Source: Verrucomicrobiota bacterium (GTDB lineage Bacteria; Verrucomicrobiota; Verrucomicrobiia; Limisphaerales; CANJXF01). From it: 50,381 nt of DNA. Position 1 is the first letter of the stretch, and every line of letters begins with the position of its first letter. The notes below the pieces were generated by a model. It did no database searches, was not told the DNA's origin, and saw nothing but the letters and a program-made list of their open reading frames with translations. The stretch is from NCBI GenBank assembly GCA_038214755.1, contig JBBQRQ010000028.1, positions 1 to 50,381 on the forward strand, read 5' to 3'. Positions 1 to 10,800 of this stretch are shown piece after piece. The position numbers were made by a program, and so were the translations under genes.

Positions 1-639
1 TTTGATCCCACGAAAATTGTTCAGGTCACGGATGGAATGATTCACATGTATTCCGCGGCGGAGCAGGGTTCCAAACAACCCATTGCCATTGTTTGCACCG
101 AGAAAGAATTTTCCGATTACGATTTGCGATTCGAATACAAATGGGGAACGAAAAAATTCGCGCCGCGAGTTGATAAAAAGAGAGACGCCGGGTTGCTTTA
201 TCACTGCTATGACGAGCGCGTTTGGCCCTCCAGTGTGGAATGCCAAATCCAAGAAGGCGACGTCGGCGACGTTTTTGTGGTGCGCTCCCAGGTGAAAACC
301 ACCACCGATCCAAACAAAACCAACCGCGTTTTCCTTCCGGCAAAAGACGGCGGTGTGATGAATACATTTGGAAATACGAACGGCGTTGTCGGCATCCGAA
401 AAAGCCACGTCTGCGAAAAGGAAGGATGGAACACAGTCGAAGTAAAAATTCGAGGCGACTCGGCCATTCATATCATTAACGGTCAGACCAACAATATGGT
501 ATTCTCAATGGCGAGAATGGTGGAGGGCGAATGGAAACCGCTGGTGCGAGGCAGAATCGCGCTCCAAGCCGAGTTCTCCGAAGTTTTCTATCGCAACATC
601 GAGATACGACCGATTGAAACCAAGGCAGCGCAAAGATAA
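1..639 (+). CDS. DUF1080 / 3-keto-disaccharide hydrolase family protein, 5'-truncated by the window edge
   Basis: Frame is open from base 1. Family motifs: 'YDLRFEYKWG', 'RDAGLLYH', 'WPSSVECQIQEGDVGD', 'GWNTVEV', 'GRIALQAEFSEVFYRNIEI'. Confidence 0.85.
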   Translation, partial: FDPTKIVQVTDGMIHMYSAAEQGSKQPIAIVCTEKEFSDYDLRFEYKWGTKKFAPRVDKKRDAGLLYHCYDERVWPSSVECQIQEGDVGDVFVVRSQVKTTTDPNKTNRVFLPAKDGGVMNTFGNTNGVVGIRKSHVCEKEGWNTVEVKIRGDSAIHIINGQTNNMVFSMARMVEGEWKPLVRGRIALQAEFSEVFYRNIEIRPIETKAAQR

Positions 640-660
640 TGTTCAAAACGCATCTCGTAG

Positions 661-765
661 AAACGGAGCGCGGTCTTCAGGCCGCTTCAACGGCATTGAT
701 GCAGGCGGGTTCGCCGCGTTTTTGCGGTTGCGGCATCGAAACGGCGTAAGTGCCGCGCTCCGTTT
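661..765. repeat. REP-like palindromic element (GGAGCGCGG...CCGCGCTCC); may also act as a terminator
   Basis: 13-bp perfect inverted repeat aaacggagcgcgg (661-673) / ccgcgctccgttt (753-765), followed by a T run, between two genes. Confidence 0.65.
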
Positions 766-781
766 TTTTTGTGAAAAAATA

Positions 782-3700
782 ATGACTCGCCCTATTTTCA
801 AATTTTCAAATTGCGGCGCGACGGTGCTGGCGGCGGCGGCTTTGTTTGCGCCCGGCACCGCGCGGAGTGCTGACAAAAACGCAGTCGATTTCGCGACGCA
901 AATTCTCCCGATTATTTCGACGAAATGTTTTCATTGTCACGGGCCGGATGAAAGCGCGCGAAAAGCAAAATTGCGTCTGGATATCGGCACGGAAGCGGTC
1001 AAGGAACGAAAGGACGGAACGTTTGCGATTAAGCCGGGCAACCTCGAGCACAGTGAATTGGTCAAGCGCATCACCAACCCCGATCCCGATGAAGTGATGC
1101 CGCCGCCGGATGAAAAGCATCCACTCAAACCCGCCGAAATTGCGCTGCTGAAAAAATGGATTCAGCAAGGCGCGCCGTACGAGAAACATTGGGCTTTCAA
1201 AAAACCGGTGCGCGCGGCATTGCCTGCGGTCAAAAATAAAAAGTGGGCGCGAAACGAGATTGATCGTTTTATCCTGGCGAAAATTGAAGCGGCAAAATTA
1301 AAACCGTCGCCGCCAGCCGAACGTTCTATTTTATTGCGCCGCCTTTCGCTCGACTTGACTGGTTTGCCGCCGACGCCCGCTGAGGTTGAAGATTTCTTAA
1401 AAGATAAATCGCCCAAGGCTTATGAAAAAGCGGTCGATCGATTGCTCGCTTCTCCGGCGTATGGAGAACGGTGGGCGCGAATGTGGCTCGACATTGCGCG
1501 TTACGCTGATTCCGCCGGCTACGGTTCCGATCCGTTGCGTCTGAACGTTTGGCCTTATCGCGAGTGGGTCATCAAAGCGTTCAATCGGAACATGCCTTTT
1601 GACCAGTTCACCATCGAACAACTCGCCGGCGATCTGCTGGAGAATGCAACGGAAGACCAACGGGTGGCGACGGCGTTTCATCGCAACACGATGACGAACA
1701 CCGAAGGCGGGACGGAAGATGAAGAGTGGCGTGTCGCCGCCGTGAAAGATCGCGCGGAAGTGACGGCGCAAGCGTGGATGGGATTGACGATGGGTTGCGC
1801 GCAATGTCACACGCACAAATTCGATCCGATCACCCATCGCGAGTATTACCAGTTTTACTCCTTCTTCAATCAAACCGAAGACAGCGACAAAGCGGATGAA
1901 AGTCCCACGATGCCGTTGCCGACGCCGGAACAGCGGGAAAAAATCAAACGTTTCGACGCAGAAATCGCGGCGCTGGAAAAAAAGTTGGACACCGCTTCGC
2001 CCGAAATTTTCGCCGACCTCGCCGCATGGGAAAAAATTCCTGCGGCATCGAACGCCTGGACAACGTTGGAGCCGATCAGCTTCAGTTCTTTGGCTGGCCC
2101 GACGTTTAAAAAGCTGGAAGATAATTCGTTGCTCGCCACCAACGCGCCGCCTGCAAAAGACACCTACACCGTGACGTTGCGTTCGACCGTTTCAAATTTG
2201 TCCGCGTTGCGTTTGGAAGTTTTATCCGATGAGAGTCTTCCCGCCAAAGGCCCCGGGCGCAACGAGACGGGAAATTTTCTGCTCAACCAATTTGAAGCGC
2301 GCTTTCAACAGGAGGCAAAGGCGGTGTCGAACGCGCAATTTGTTCGCGTTGAATTACCCGGTGAAAATCGGATTCTTTCGTTGGCGGAGGTTCAAGTTTT
2401 TAAAGGTGAAACCAATCTCGCGCTCAAAGGCAAGGCCACGCAATCGAGCCTCGATTTCGAAGGGCCGCCGCAATTGGCCATCGACGGAAATACCAACGGG
2501 AATTTTGAAGAAGCAAAAACAACTCACACCAAAACAGAAAATAATCCGTGGTGGGAAGTCGATCTCGGCGCGGAACAATCACTTGATGCCATCATGATTT
2601 GGAACCGGACAGACGGCGATGTGGGAGAGCGGTTGGCTGGCGCCCGGGTTGTCGTTTTGAATTCAAAGCGCGAACAAGTCTGGGAAGCGAAAGTTGCGGA
2701 AGCGCCCAAGCCGAGCGTGCGTCTCGCCATTAACGGAGAACAACCGATAAAATTCACGCGGGCCACTGCCAGCTTTACGGAAAAAAATTACAGCATCGCC
2801 GCGACGATCGAAGAAAAGATGAAACCCAAAATGGGATGGTCGGTCGATGGCGGCAAAGGAAAAAATCAGACGGCAGTTTTTGAAACGGCCAGCCCATTGC
2901 CGCCAGGAAATCTGACGATTAAACTCGTTCAAAATCTCGGAGGAAAACAAACCATCGGCCGGTTTCGCATTTCCGCATCCACACTTCCTTCGCCGGTCAT
3001 CGTCGTGCCCGAAGCACTCGTTCCGGTTCTCGCGATTGCTCCTGAAAAACGTTCCGATGAACAAAAAACGGAGCTGGAGAAATGGTTTCGGCAATTCTCT
3101 CCCGCAGTCAGCAAACAAGTGAAGGCCGTCGCTGCCGTGAAGATGCAACGCGATGCGATCAAGCCAGTGACGGTGCCCGTCATGCAGGATTTTTCGCCCG
3201 ACAAATTCCGGCCCACCCATTTATTGACCCGCGGAAATTATCTTGAGCCGGGCGAAAAAGTTTCGCCGGGCGTTCCCTCCGCCTTCAATCCCTGGCCGGC
3301 GAACGCGCCGACAAATCGGCTCGGCGTGGCGAAGTGGTTGTTGAGTGACGAAAATCCTCTCACCGCTCGCGTCACCGCCAATCGTTTTTGGGCGCAAATT
3401 TTCGGACGCGGAATTGTCGAGACGGAAGAAGATTTCGGAACGCAAGGAACCAAGCCAACCCATCCCGAATTGCTCGACTGGCTCGCGGTGGAACTGCGCG
3501 ACAATGGCTGGAACGTAAAACAATTTCTCAAAACAATTGTGATGAGCGCGACCTATCAACAAAGCTCCCGCATCACTCCAGAATCGTTGAAAAAAGATCC
3601 GGGCAATTATCTGCTCGCGCGCGCGCCGCGTCATCGTCTGGACGCGGAAATGATTCGCGATCAGGCTCTCGCCCTCAGTGGATTGTTGAGTTCCAAAATT

Positions 3701-4255
3701 GGCGGGCCGAGTGTTTACCCGCCGCAGCCCGACAATCTCTGGCGCGCGGCGTTTAACGGCCAGCGCGCTTATCCCACGAGCACCGGGGAAGATCGACATC
3801 GTCGCGGACTCTACACGATTTGGCGGCGCACCATTCCGTATCCGAGCATGACGACCTTCGACGCGCCGAGCCGCGAGACGTGCGCGTTCCGACGTTTGCC
3901 CACGAACACGCCGTTGCAGGCGTATGTGACGTTGAACGATCCCGTTTACGTCGAAGCGGCCCAGGCGTTGGGACGGCGATTGGTAAAGGAAGGCGGAGAG
4001 ACTTTGGAAAATAAAATTCAATTTGGTTTGCGATTGGCGCTGGCGCGTCAGCCGACTAAAAATGAAGTCACATCTTTGCGCGAGTTGTACGAATCGGAAT
4101 TAGTGCACTACAGCGCGCATGAAAAGGAAGCCAAAGATTTGGCCACCAGCCAGGTTGGTCCATTGCCGGAGGGACTGAATGCAGCCGAAGCGGCCGCGTG
4201 GACGACGGTGGCGAATGTGTTGTTGAACCTCGATGGAATTTTGACGAAAGGGTGA
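782..4255 (+). CDS. Planctomycete cytochrome c (PSCyt1) / DUF1549 / DUF1553 protein with an internal F5/8-type C (fucolectin-like) domain
   Basis: CxxCH motifs 'CFHCHG' and 'CAQCHTHKFDP'; 'LLRRLSLDLTGLPPT', 'PTHPELLDWLA', 'TPLQAYVTLND'; discoidin-like 'AIDGNTNG...NPWWEVDLG'. ATG 782 is preferred over the ORF-track start 614, which runs through a repeat. Confidence 0.9.
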   Translation: MTRPIFKFSNCGATVLAAAALFAPGTARSADKNAVDFATQILPIISTKCFHCHGPDESARKAKLRLDIGTEAVKERKDGTFAIKPGNLEHSELVKRITNPDPDEVMPPPDEKHPLKPAEIALLKKWIQQGAPYEKHWAFKKPVRAALPAVKNKKWARNEIDRFILAKIEAAKLKPSPPAERSILLRRLSLDLTGLPPTPAEVEDFLKDKSPKAYEKAVDRLLASPAYGERWARMWLDIARYADSAGYGSDPLRLNVWPYREWVIKAFNRNMPFDQFTIEQLAGDLLENATEDQRVATAFHRNTMTNTEGGTEDEEWRVAAVKDRAEVTAQAWMGLTMGCAQCHTHKFDPITHREYYQFYSFFNQTEDSDKADESPTMPLPTPEQREKIKRFDAEIAALEKKLDTASPEIFADLAAWEKIPAASNAWTTLEPISFSSLAGPTFKKLEDNSLLATNAPPAKDTYTVTLRSTVSNLSALRLEVLSDESLPAKGPGRNETGNFLLNQFEARFQQEAKAVSNAQFVRVELPGENRILSLAEVQVFKGETNLALKGKATQSSLDFEGPPQLAIDGNTNGNFEEAKTTHTKTENNPWWEVDLGAEQSLDAIMIWNRTDGDVGERLAGARVVVLNSKREQVWEAKVAEAPKPSVRLAINGEQPIKFTRATASFTEKNYSIAATIEEKMKPKMGWSVDGGKGKNQTAVFETASPLPPGNLTIKLVQNLGGKQTIGRFRISASTLPSPVIVVPEALVPVLAIAPEKRSDEQKTELEKWFRQFSPAVSKQVKAVAAVKMQRDAIKPVTVPVMQDFSPDKFRPTHLLTRGNYLEPGEKVSPGVPSAFNPWPANAPTNRLGVAKWLLSDENPLTARVTANRFWAQIFGRGIVETEEDFGTQGTKPTHPELLDWLAVELRDNGWNVKQFLKTIVMSATYQQSSRITPESLKKDPGNYLLARAPRHRLDAEMIRDQALALSGLLSSKIGGPSVYPPQPDNLWRAAFNGQRAYPTSTGEDRHRRGLYTIWRRTIPYPSMTTFDAPSRETCAFRRLPTNTPLQAYVTLNDPVYVEAAQALGRRLVKEGGETLENKIQFGLRLALARQPTKNEVTSLRELYESELVHYSAHEKEAKDLATSQVGPLPEGLNAAEAAAWTTVANVLLNLDGILTKG

Positions 4256-4265
4256 GATGAAGAAA

Positions 4266-4373
4266 CACCAAACTCCAAACACCGTAGAAGCACCAAACAT
4301 CAAATTCCAAACATGGTATTCTTTGGAGCTTGGGATTTGAATTTTCTCTGGAGCTTGATGTTTGGAGTTTGGG
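4266..4373. repeat. Imperfect inverted repeat built from short CCAAA(C/T)-type units
   Basis: Left arm ccaaactccaaacacc...caaattccaaa; right arm tttggagcttggg...gatgtttggagtttggg. Confidence 0.6.
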
Positions 4374-4401
4374 ATTTTTCTTCCACACATACGAAAAATT
4401 T

Positions 4402-5862
4402 ATGAATGAATCAGCGTTTAATTTTGCCCACGGTCGCGCTCAGACGCGGCGACAATTTTTACAGCGTGCGGGCCTCAGCCTGGGCAGCGTTGCTTTGGGT
4501 GGATTGCTTGCGCGCGACGCAATGGCCGCATCCGGTTCAGCATCGCCTATGGCCGTGAAGCCGCCGATTCTTCCGGGCCGCGCCAAATCGATTATTTATT
4601 TGCACATGTCCGGCGCGCCGCCATCGCTCGATCTGTTCGATTACAAACCAAAGTTGAACGAGATGAACATGCAGCCTTGTCCCGACGAAGTGTTGCGTGG
4701 GCAAAAATTTCCATTTCTCAAAGGCGTTCCAAAATTGCTGGGCACTCCGCACAAATTCGCGCGGCACGGAAAAAGCGGCGCGTGGTTCAGCAATCTCGTT
4801 CCGCACATGGCGGAACTTGCCGATGAAACTTGTTTCATCCGCTCGATGTGGACGGATCAGTTTAATCATTCTCCAGCGGAATTATTTTTGTTCACCGGAA
4901 CACAACGAGCTGGCGCGGCGTCGATGGGTTCGTGGGTGACATACGGACTCGGCAGCGAGAATCAGGATTTGCCCGGCTTCGTCGTCCTGCTCAGTGGCGG
5001 CACCGATCCGACCGGCGGAAAAAGTCTTTGGGGCAGTGGATTTTTGCCGAGCGTTTATCAAGGCGTGCAATGCCGCACTTCCGGCGCGCCCATTTTGTAT
5101 TCGGAAAATCCGACTGGAATGGATCGGCCAAGTCGTCGTCGCAGTCTCGATAAACTTCGCGAGTTGAATGAAGCGGAAGCGAAACTTTACGGCGACCCCG
5201 AAACGCTCACGCGCATCGAGCAATATGAATTGGCCTATCGAATGCAAATCACCGTGCCCGATGTTTTCGATATTTCTAAAGAACCGGATTACATCCGCGA
5301 AATGTACGGCGCGAAACCGGGCGAAGGTTCTTTTGCGAATAATTGTTTGCAAGCGCGAAGGTTGATCGAAAAGGGCGTTCGCTTTGTTCAACTTTTTGAT
5401 TGGGGTTGGGACATGCACGGAACGGCGAAGTCGAATGATCTGTTAGAGGGGCTTCCGATGAAATGCAAAGAAGTGGATAAAGCCAGCGCCGCATTGGTGA
5501 ACGATTTGAAACAACGCGGAATGCTCGAAGACACGCTCGTGATCTGGGGCGGCGAATTTGGACGAACGCCAATGAACGAAGCGCGCAACGGATCAACTTT
5601 TCTCGGACGCGATCACCATCCAAATTGTTTCACGATTTGGATGGTTGGCGGCGGCGTGAAACCGGGATTTAGTTATGGCGCAACGGATGATTTCGGTTAT
5701 CACATCGTGCAAAATAAAATGACGGTGCGCGATTTGCAGGCGACAATTTTGCATCAAGTCGGTCTCGATCCGCACAAATTCAGTTTTCCGTACCTTGGAT
5801 TGAACCAACGTTTGATCGGGCCATCCAACGAAGGACAGATCGTCCGCGAAATCTTAAGTTGA
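4402..5862 (+). CDS. DUF1501 family protein (sulfatase-like, Tat-type signal)
   Basis: 'TRRQFL' twin-arginine-like motif; 'AKSIIYLHMSGAPPSLDLFDYKP'; 'WGGEFGRTP'; 'GRDHHP'. Usual partner of the upstream DUF1553 gene. Confidence 0.9.
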   Translation: MNESAFNFAHGRAQTRRQFLQRAGLSLGSVALGGLLARDAMAASGSASPMAVKPPILPGRAKSIIYLHMSGAPPSLDLFDYKPKLNEMNMQPCPDEVLRGQKFPFLKGVPKLLGTPHKFARHGKSGAWFSNLVPHMAELADETCFIRSMWTDQFNHSPAELFLFTGTQRAGAASMGSWVTYGLGSENQDLPGFVVLLSGGTDPTGGKSLWGSGFLPSVYQGVQCRTSGAPILYSENPTGMDRPSRRRSLDKLRELNEAEAKLYGDPETLTRIEQYELAYRMQITVPDVFDISKEPDYIREMYGAKPGEGSFANNCLQARRLIEKGVRFVQLFDWGWDMHGTAKSNDLLEGLPMKCKEVDKASAALVNDLKQRGMLEDTLVIWGGEFGRTPMNEARNGSTFLGRDHHPNCFTIWMVGGGVKPGFSYGATDDFGYHIVQNKMTVRDLQATILHQVGLDPHKFSFPYLGLNQRLIGPSNEGQIVREILS

Positions 5863-6381
5863 GACAATTCAGGCTCGTTTCAAAGGTGTGAGGTGGATTG
5901 CCTGCGCGTTGATTGTCGTTTTCTAAATTCATCTTCAATGGGTAACGCAGTGAACTTTATCACTATTTTTCTTAACCCTTCTTAACTCTTTTGGTGTCCG
6001 TTTTGGTGTCCGCTGTTCTACCCCAGGACCGAAGCGCGGAGAGATCCTGGTAGCATCACCCGTGAGCTGAGGCACGGATAGGAGATGAACTCCTTGGAAA
6101 CAAGAACATCGCTGGTGTTGGAGCCGCTGAGCGGATAAAAAACAAAAACTACCTTTAAAAAATAAAACCCTTCCCCTAACTCTTGACTCATCAAACCTCC
6201 TAGAAGGCGTCGATCCAGACTGGACGAAGCAGATAAGACAACTCTGCAACATCAGAATAGGAAAAGTGACCGTTATTTTGCGCTTACTGGATTGTTCGGC
6301 GAATCAGCGAACAGTTTTGGAAAATCAGTTTTGCATGTGATTCGGCGTATTGCTATTCCGCTTTTCGCCAACCTGGAGAAG

Positions 6382-7761
6382 ATGCCGTCTCCTTCAATTG
6401 TGAAATCGATTTTATCTTTTCGCTGTCTGGTACTCATCGCCACAACATTGATCGGGAACGACTCCATTGCTTTGGAAGTTGGAATCGCCACTCGAGATGT
6501 GACTCCGACTGAACCCGTTTGGCTGGTGGGTTATTCCGGCAGAAATCGTCCATGGGAAGAAATTGATTCGCCCTTGGTCGCGCAAGCTGTCGCCTTCAAG
6601 GATGAAGCAGGCGAGAGGTTTGTGCTAGTTGCGGTGGATAATGTCGGAGTGAGCCGCTCGTTCAGCGCCCCTGTGCTCGAACACGCGAGGGTAAAACATC
6701 AAATGAAGCCGGGCAGTGTGATGATTGTATCAAGTCACACGCATTCCGCTCCACTTCTGGAGGGAACCCTTCCTGGAATGTTTGACTTAGCGCAAAAAGA
6801 TTTGGAGTCCGTAAAAAAATACAGCCGATTTTTACAATCCAAATTGATCGAAGTCATCGACGCTGCCATGGCTGATTTGAAACCCGCTCAACTTGAACAT
6901 GCCATCGGGAAAGCAACTTTCGCCATGAATCGGCGCGTCTTTCAGGAAGACAAAGTTGTGTTTGGAGAAAATCCCGATGGCCCGGTGGATTGGGATGTTC
7001 CGGTGCTTAAGATCAGTGGAACCAACGGCGACGTGCGCGCAATTTTATTTGGTTATGCCTGTCACGGCACCAGTATCAGCGAGAATCAATGGTATATCGT
7101 TTCGGGTGATTACATGGCCTACGCGCGGCAGCAATTGGAGGCGCATTTTCCCGGAGCCATTGCGGTTTATCTGACCGGCATGGGAGCGGATTCAAATCCG
7201 TCGCCGCGAAAAACCGTCCTCGACGCGAAACGTCATGGACTGGAATTGGCCGGAGCGGTCGTGGAAGTTTTAGGTCATCCGATGCGTCAAGTGAAAGGAC
7301 AATTGAAGCTCGCCTATGCCGAAGTGGATTTGCGACTGGAAACCCCCACCGCTGACCAAATTCAAAAAGATGCGAAGAGTGCCGACCTCCACATTCGCAA
7401 ACGCGCAGAGTTGTATTTGAAACAGATGGAAGGCGGCAAGCCTGCACCGAGTGCCCTGAAGCTTCCAATCAGCGCAGTAAAAATCGGCAATGATTTTACG
7501 TTCATTGCCATGGGTGGCGAAGTGGTGGTGGATTACGGAATCAAGTTAAAGCGTCTGTTCGGCCACGAACGTTTGTGGACGATTGGTTACGCCTACGAAG
7601 TTCCTTGCTACATTCCATCGAGTCGCATTTTGCGTGAAGGCGGTTACGAAGCCGAAGATTCGTTGAAGTTGTATGGTCTTTACGGACCGTTCCTCCCGAG
7701 CATTGAAAGAACTTTGGTTGACAAAATGAAAGAACTGATGCGCGCGGTGGAAAGCCGTTAA
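6382..7761 (+). CDS. Neutral/alkaline non-lysosomal ceramidase N-terminal domain protein
   Basis: 'SSHTHSAP', 'GPVDWDVPVL', 'FGYACHGT', 'GEVVVDYG', 'CYIPSSRILREGGYE'; N-terminal signal-like segment. Start uncertain (ORF track 6292). Confidence 0.8.
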   Translation: MPSPSIVKSILSFRCLVLIATTLIGNDSIALEVGIATRDVTPTEPVWLVGYSGRNRPWEEIDSPLVAQAVAFKDEAGERFVLVAVDNVGVSRSFSAPVLEHARVKHQMKPGSVMIVSSHTHSAPLLEGTLPGMFDLAQKDLESVKKYSRFLQSKLIEVIDAAMADLKPAQLEHAIGKATFAMNRRVFQEDKVVFGENPDGPVDWDVPVLKISGTNGDVRAILFGYACHGTSISENQWYIVSGDYMAYARQQLEAHFPGAIAVYLTGMGADSNPSPRKTVLDAKRHGLELAGAVVEVLGHPMRQVKGQLKLAYAEVDLRLETPTADQIQKDAKSADLHIRKRAELYLKQMEGGKPAPSALKLPISAVKIGNDFTFIAMGGEVVVDYGIKLKRLFGHERLWTIGYAYEVPCYIPSSRILREGGYEAEDSLKLYGLYGPFLPSIERTLVDKMKELMRAVESR

Positions 7762-7805
7762 CAGTTGTTCAGAGTCTTTCACCCCGGACACTCGTAAACA
7801 GAAGC

Positions 7806-10800
7806 TCAGCGACGCGCGTTCAGAACGTAGGAAATCAAGTCGGCCATGTCTTGCGGCTTGAGCGCGGTTTCGAAACCTTCCGGCATGAGCGAGCGTGAGA
7901 GGCGGTTCAACCCTTTGATGTTGTTGCGGAGGACGACTTCTTCCGAACCGCCGGGAATTTTCAGCGAAATGCTCGTGGGCGTTTCGGCTGCAATCACACC
8001 GCTCAATTCGCGCTCGTCTTTCGTCACGATGGAGTAGGCGGCAAAGGTCGGGTCCACCGCCTGGTTCGGGTCCAGAAGAGCGACGACGATGGATTGCACA
8101 GTTTTGTCAGCCATCGTGCCGAGATTGGGTCCGACGGGATGTCCCTCGCCGTTGAGTTGATGGCACGTCGCACAGGTTTGCAGAAAGAGCGCGTGGCCTT
8201 TGGCGATATCGCCGCGAAGTGCAGCAACCGATTTGTAGTTTTCAATAATCTTCGCCCGATCGCTGTTCACGGCGGAGAAAATCTTTTCGGCGCGCTCGCG
8301 AATTTCTGCTTTCGAATGACTCAATAACTTTTGCCGTTGCGCCAGGGAAACGTCGCCGCTCGCAATTTTGCCCGTTTCGATTCCGGCAAGCACCGACTCG
8401 CTCCATTCCGACCGGCCGAGCAGAGAGTTGAGAATTTCCTGACGCAAACTGAGGCCGTAGGTTTTCAAATTCGCCATTAAAATTTCGGCGGCTCCCTTGC
8501 GTCCTCCAGTTACGATTGATTGCAATGCCGCATGCTGAAGCGCCGGCGAGTTTTGCGGGCCGAGCAATTTGCCAAGATGTTCGAGATCGTTTTCGTTCGT
8601 CCTGCGCCCCAACAAACGCACCGCCAACAAACGATCCGCTTCCGCAGCGCTGGAGTTATCCGCAGTTTCACGCGCCTGAACAAAAATGGCGTCAAGTTGC
8701 GCAATGGAATTGTTCAACTTGAAATCGGCCTGCTCTTGAAATTTCGCGAGCGAAAGTTTTCTGCGCTCCAACGCATCGAGAAATCCGAGCGTTCCCGAAA
8801 TTTGCCATTGAGAAAACCGGGTTCCATTCACGGGCGTTCCGAGGTGCGAAATTGTTTCGGCCAAAATTCCATCGTGAGAAAGCGCGGTCGCCAGAAAAAC
8901 GAGTTGCTCGATTAAATCAGGAGAAGGCGTCGCGGTTTTGCTGTTCGCGAAAACCGAGCGCAGCATTTCATCAACGTGATGGGTGGCGGAACTCATCACC
9001 GCAATTTGCATCGGAGCATTCGTCCAGTCTTTCAGCGCGAGTTTCGATAGTGCGCGAGCGGCGGCGGCTTCGCTGGACTCGCCCAGACTGAATGCGAGTT
9101 GGTAACGAACGCGAATGTTGTCGTCATCCACCATCGTCAACACTTTCGCGTCGAGTTCCGGCGATTCTCCAAAAAGAGTTTCAGCAAATTGAATCGCCAG
9201 TCTGCGCACGGCGAAGTGCGAATCGTTCATCGCGGTCAACAAATCTTTTTCAGACAGAGCATCGAGGCCGGAAAGAATGGAGAGGGCTTGCAATCGCGCT
9301 TTCGGATTTTCGCTGTGCGAGAGGATTTGTTGGAGCGGCGTGATGGCTGCTTTGTCGCGAGCCTGCACCAGAAGACGCTGTATGGTGTCGCGCTGCCAGC
9401 CGTTGGGAGAATCCAGCGCCGCGACAAGTTCAGCCGTATTTAATTTATCGAGCCGGGGAATTTTCCGAAGCTGTGCTCCTTCTGGATAGACGCGGTAAAT
9501 TCTTCCTTTGTCGTCGCCCGCGCGCAGGTCGGGACGATTTTTTAATTCTGTCGGAAAATATTCCGGGTGTTCCAGCACCAGTCGATACATGTCGGCGATG
9601 TAAAGCGCGCCGTCGGGACCAACCTTAAGCATGGTCGGGCGAAACCAATTGTCCGTTGACGCGAGAAATTCATTCGTCTGTTCCGTCGCCGCGCGATGAC
9701 TGATGAAAGTTGGGCCATCCTGTTCCAACACTTCGCGATGCACGGCGTTGTTGGCCGGTTCACTTACGAATGCGCTTGTCGTAAAATCAGGACCGAACAA
9801 TTCGTCGCGATAAGGCGTCACGCTGCACGCTGATGTGACTTGGAAAATGCGGTCCGGCCAATTAAAACGTTGTTGCGGCCGGCTGACGGAGAAGACGCGA
9901 TTCGGATCGGGCGAGTGCGGCAAAATATTCCGCGAATCTTTCACGCCGAGGAATGGATTCCGAGCCAGATACCGATCCTCGTAAATAAAATGCCAAATCC
10001 AAATCCCGTTGTGATTGCCGAACCAGTTTCCCCAATCATCGCGACGACGACCATATTGCGTCGTGCCGGCGACGGGTTCCATCTCACCGGTGTCGGGACG
10101 AAAACGAACATCATGCCCGACGATCTCGGTGGTTTTTCCGGTGAGCGCGGAGTGGATTTTTCCACCGCCATCGGCTGCGGCGTAAATCCAATTGTCGAGG
10201 CCAAGCTGAAAGCCGTTGAAGCGATGTTGTTGATTGATTTCGGCAAAACCTGAAAAAAGAACTTTGCGAACATCGGCTTTGCCATCGCTGTTGGTGTCCT
10301 CAGCGTAAATAATATCAGGCGCGGCGCAAATCAAAACTCCTTTGCTCCACGGCATGATGCTGTTGGGAAAATTTAGATTCTCCAGAAACACCGTGGACTT
10401 GTCGTATTGTCCGTCGCCGTTTGTGTCTTCCAAAAAACGCACCACGCCGCCGGGTTTTCCTTTTCCATCGAGACCCAGCGGATAGTCGCGCATTTCCACC
10501 ACCCACAATTTTCCATCCGCGCCCCAATCGAAATGAACCGGGTCAACAACGAGCGGCTCGCTCGCGACGAGTTCGATTTTGAATCCGGGCGCGACGCGAA
10601 AACTGCTCAACGCTTCAGCCGGAGATTTGGGTTTCGCTTCGGCTCCAGAAAGAATTTCCTTGAACGACTGTCGCTCCACGCGAGCTGGCAGATTCGACGT
10701 GTATTCATTTTGCACGAACAATTGTTTCGCATGAAACCATGCGCCGTTGTCGCGATGCGGCCCGCTGCGGACGAACGCTGGAAGGCCGCCCGGTTCGCCA

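Noticed and set aside
614..781. N-terminal extensions in the ORF track (starts at 614, 4330, 33365 and 35558)
   Set aside because: They read through intergenic repeats or overlap upstream genes; downstream ATGs give normal N-termini.
6300..6345. Possible sixth operator site (AATCAGTTTTGCATGTG) upstream of the ceramidase-like gene
   Set aside because: Only the right half matches and it needs a gap; the left half-site spacing is not conserved.
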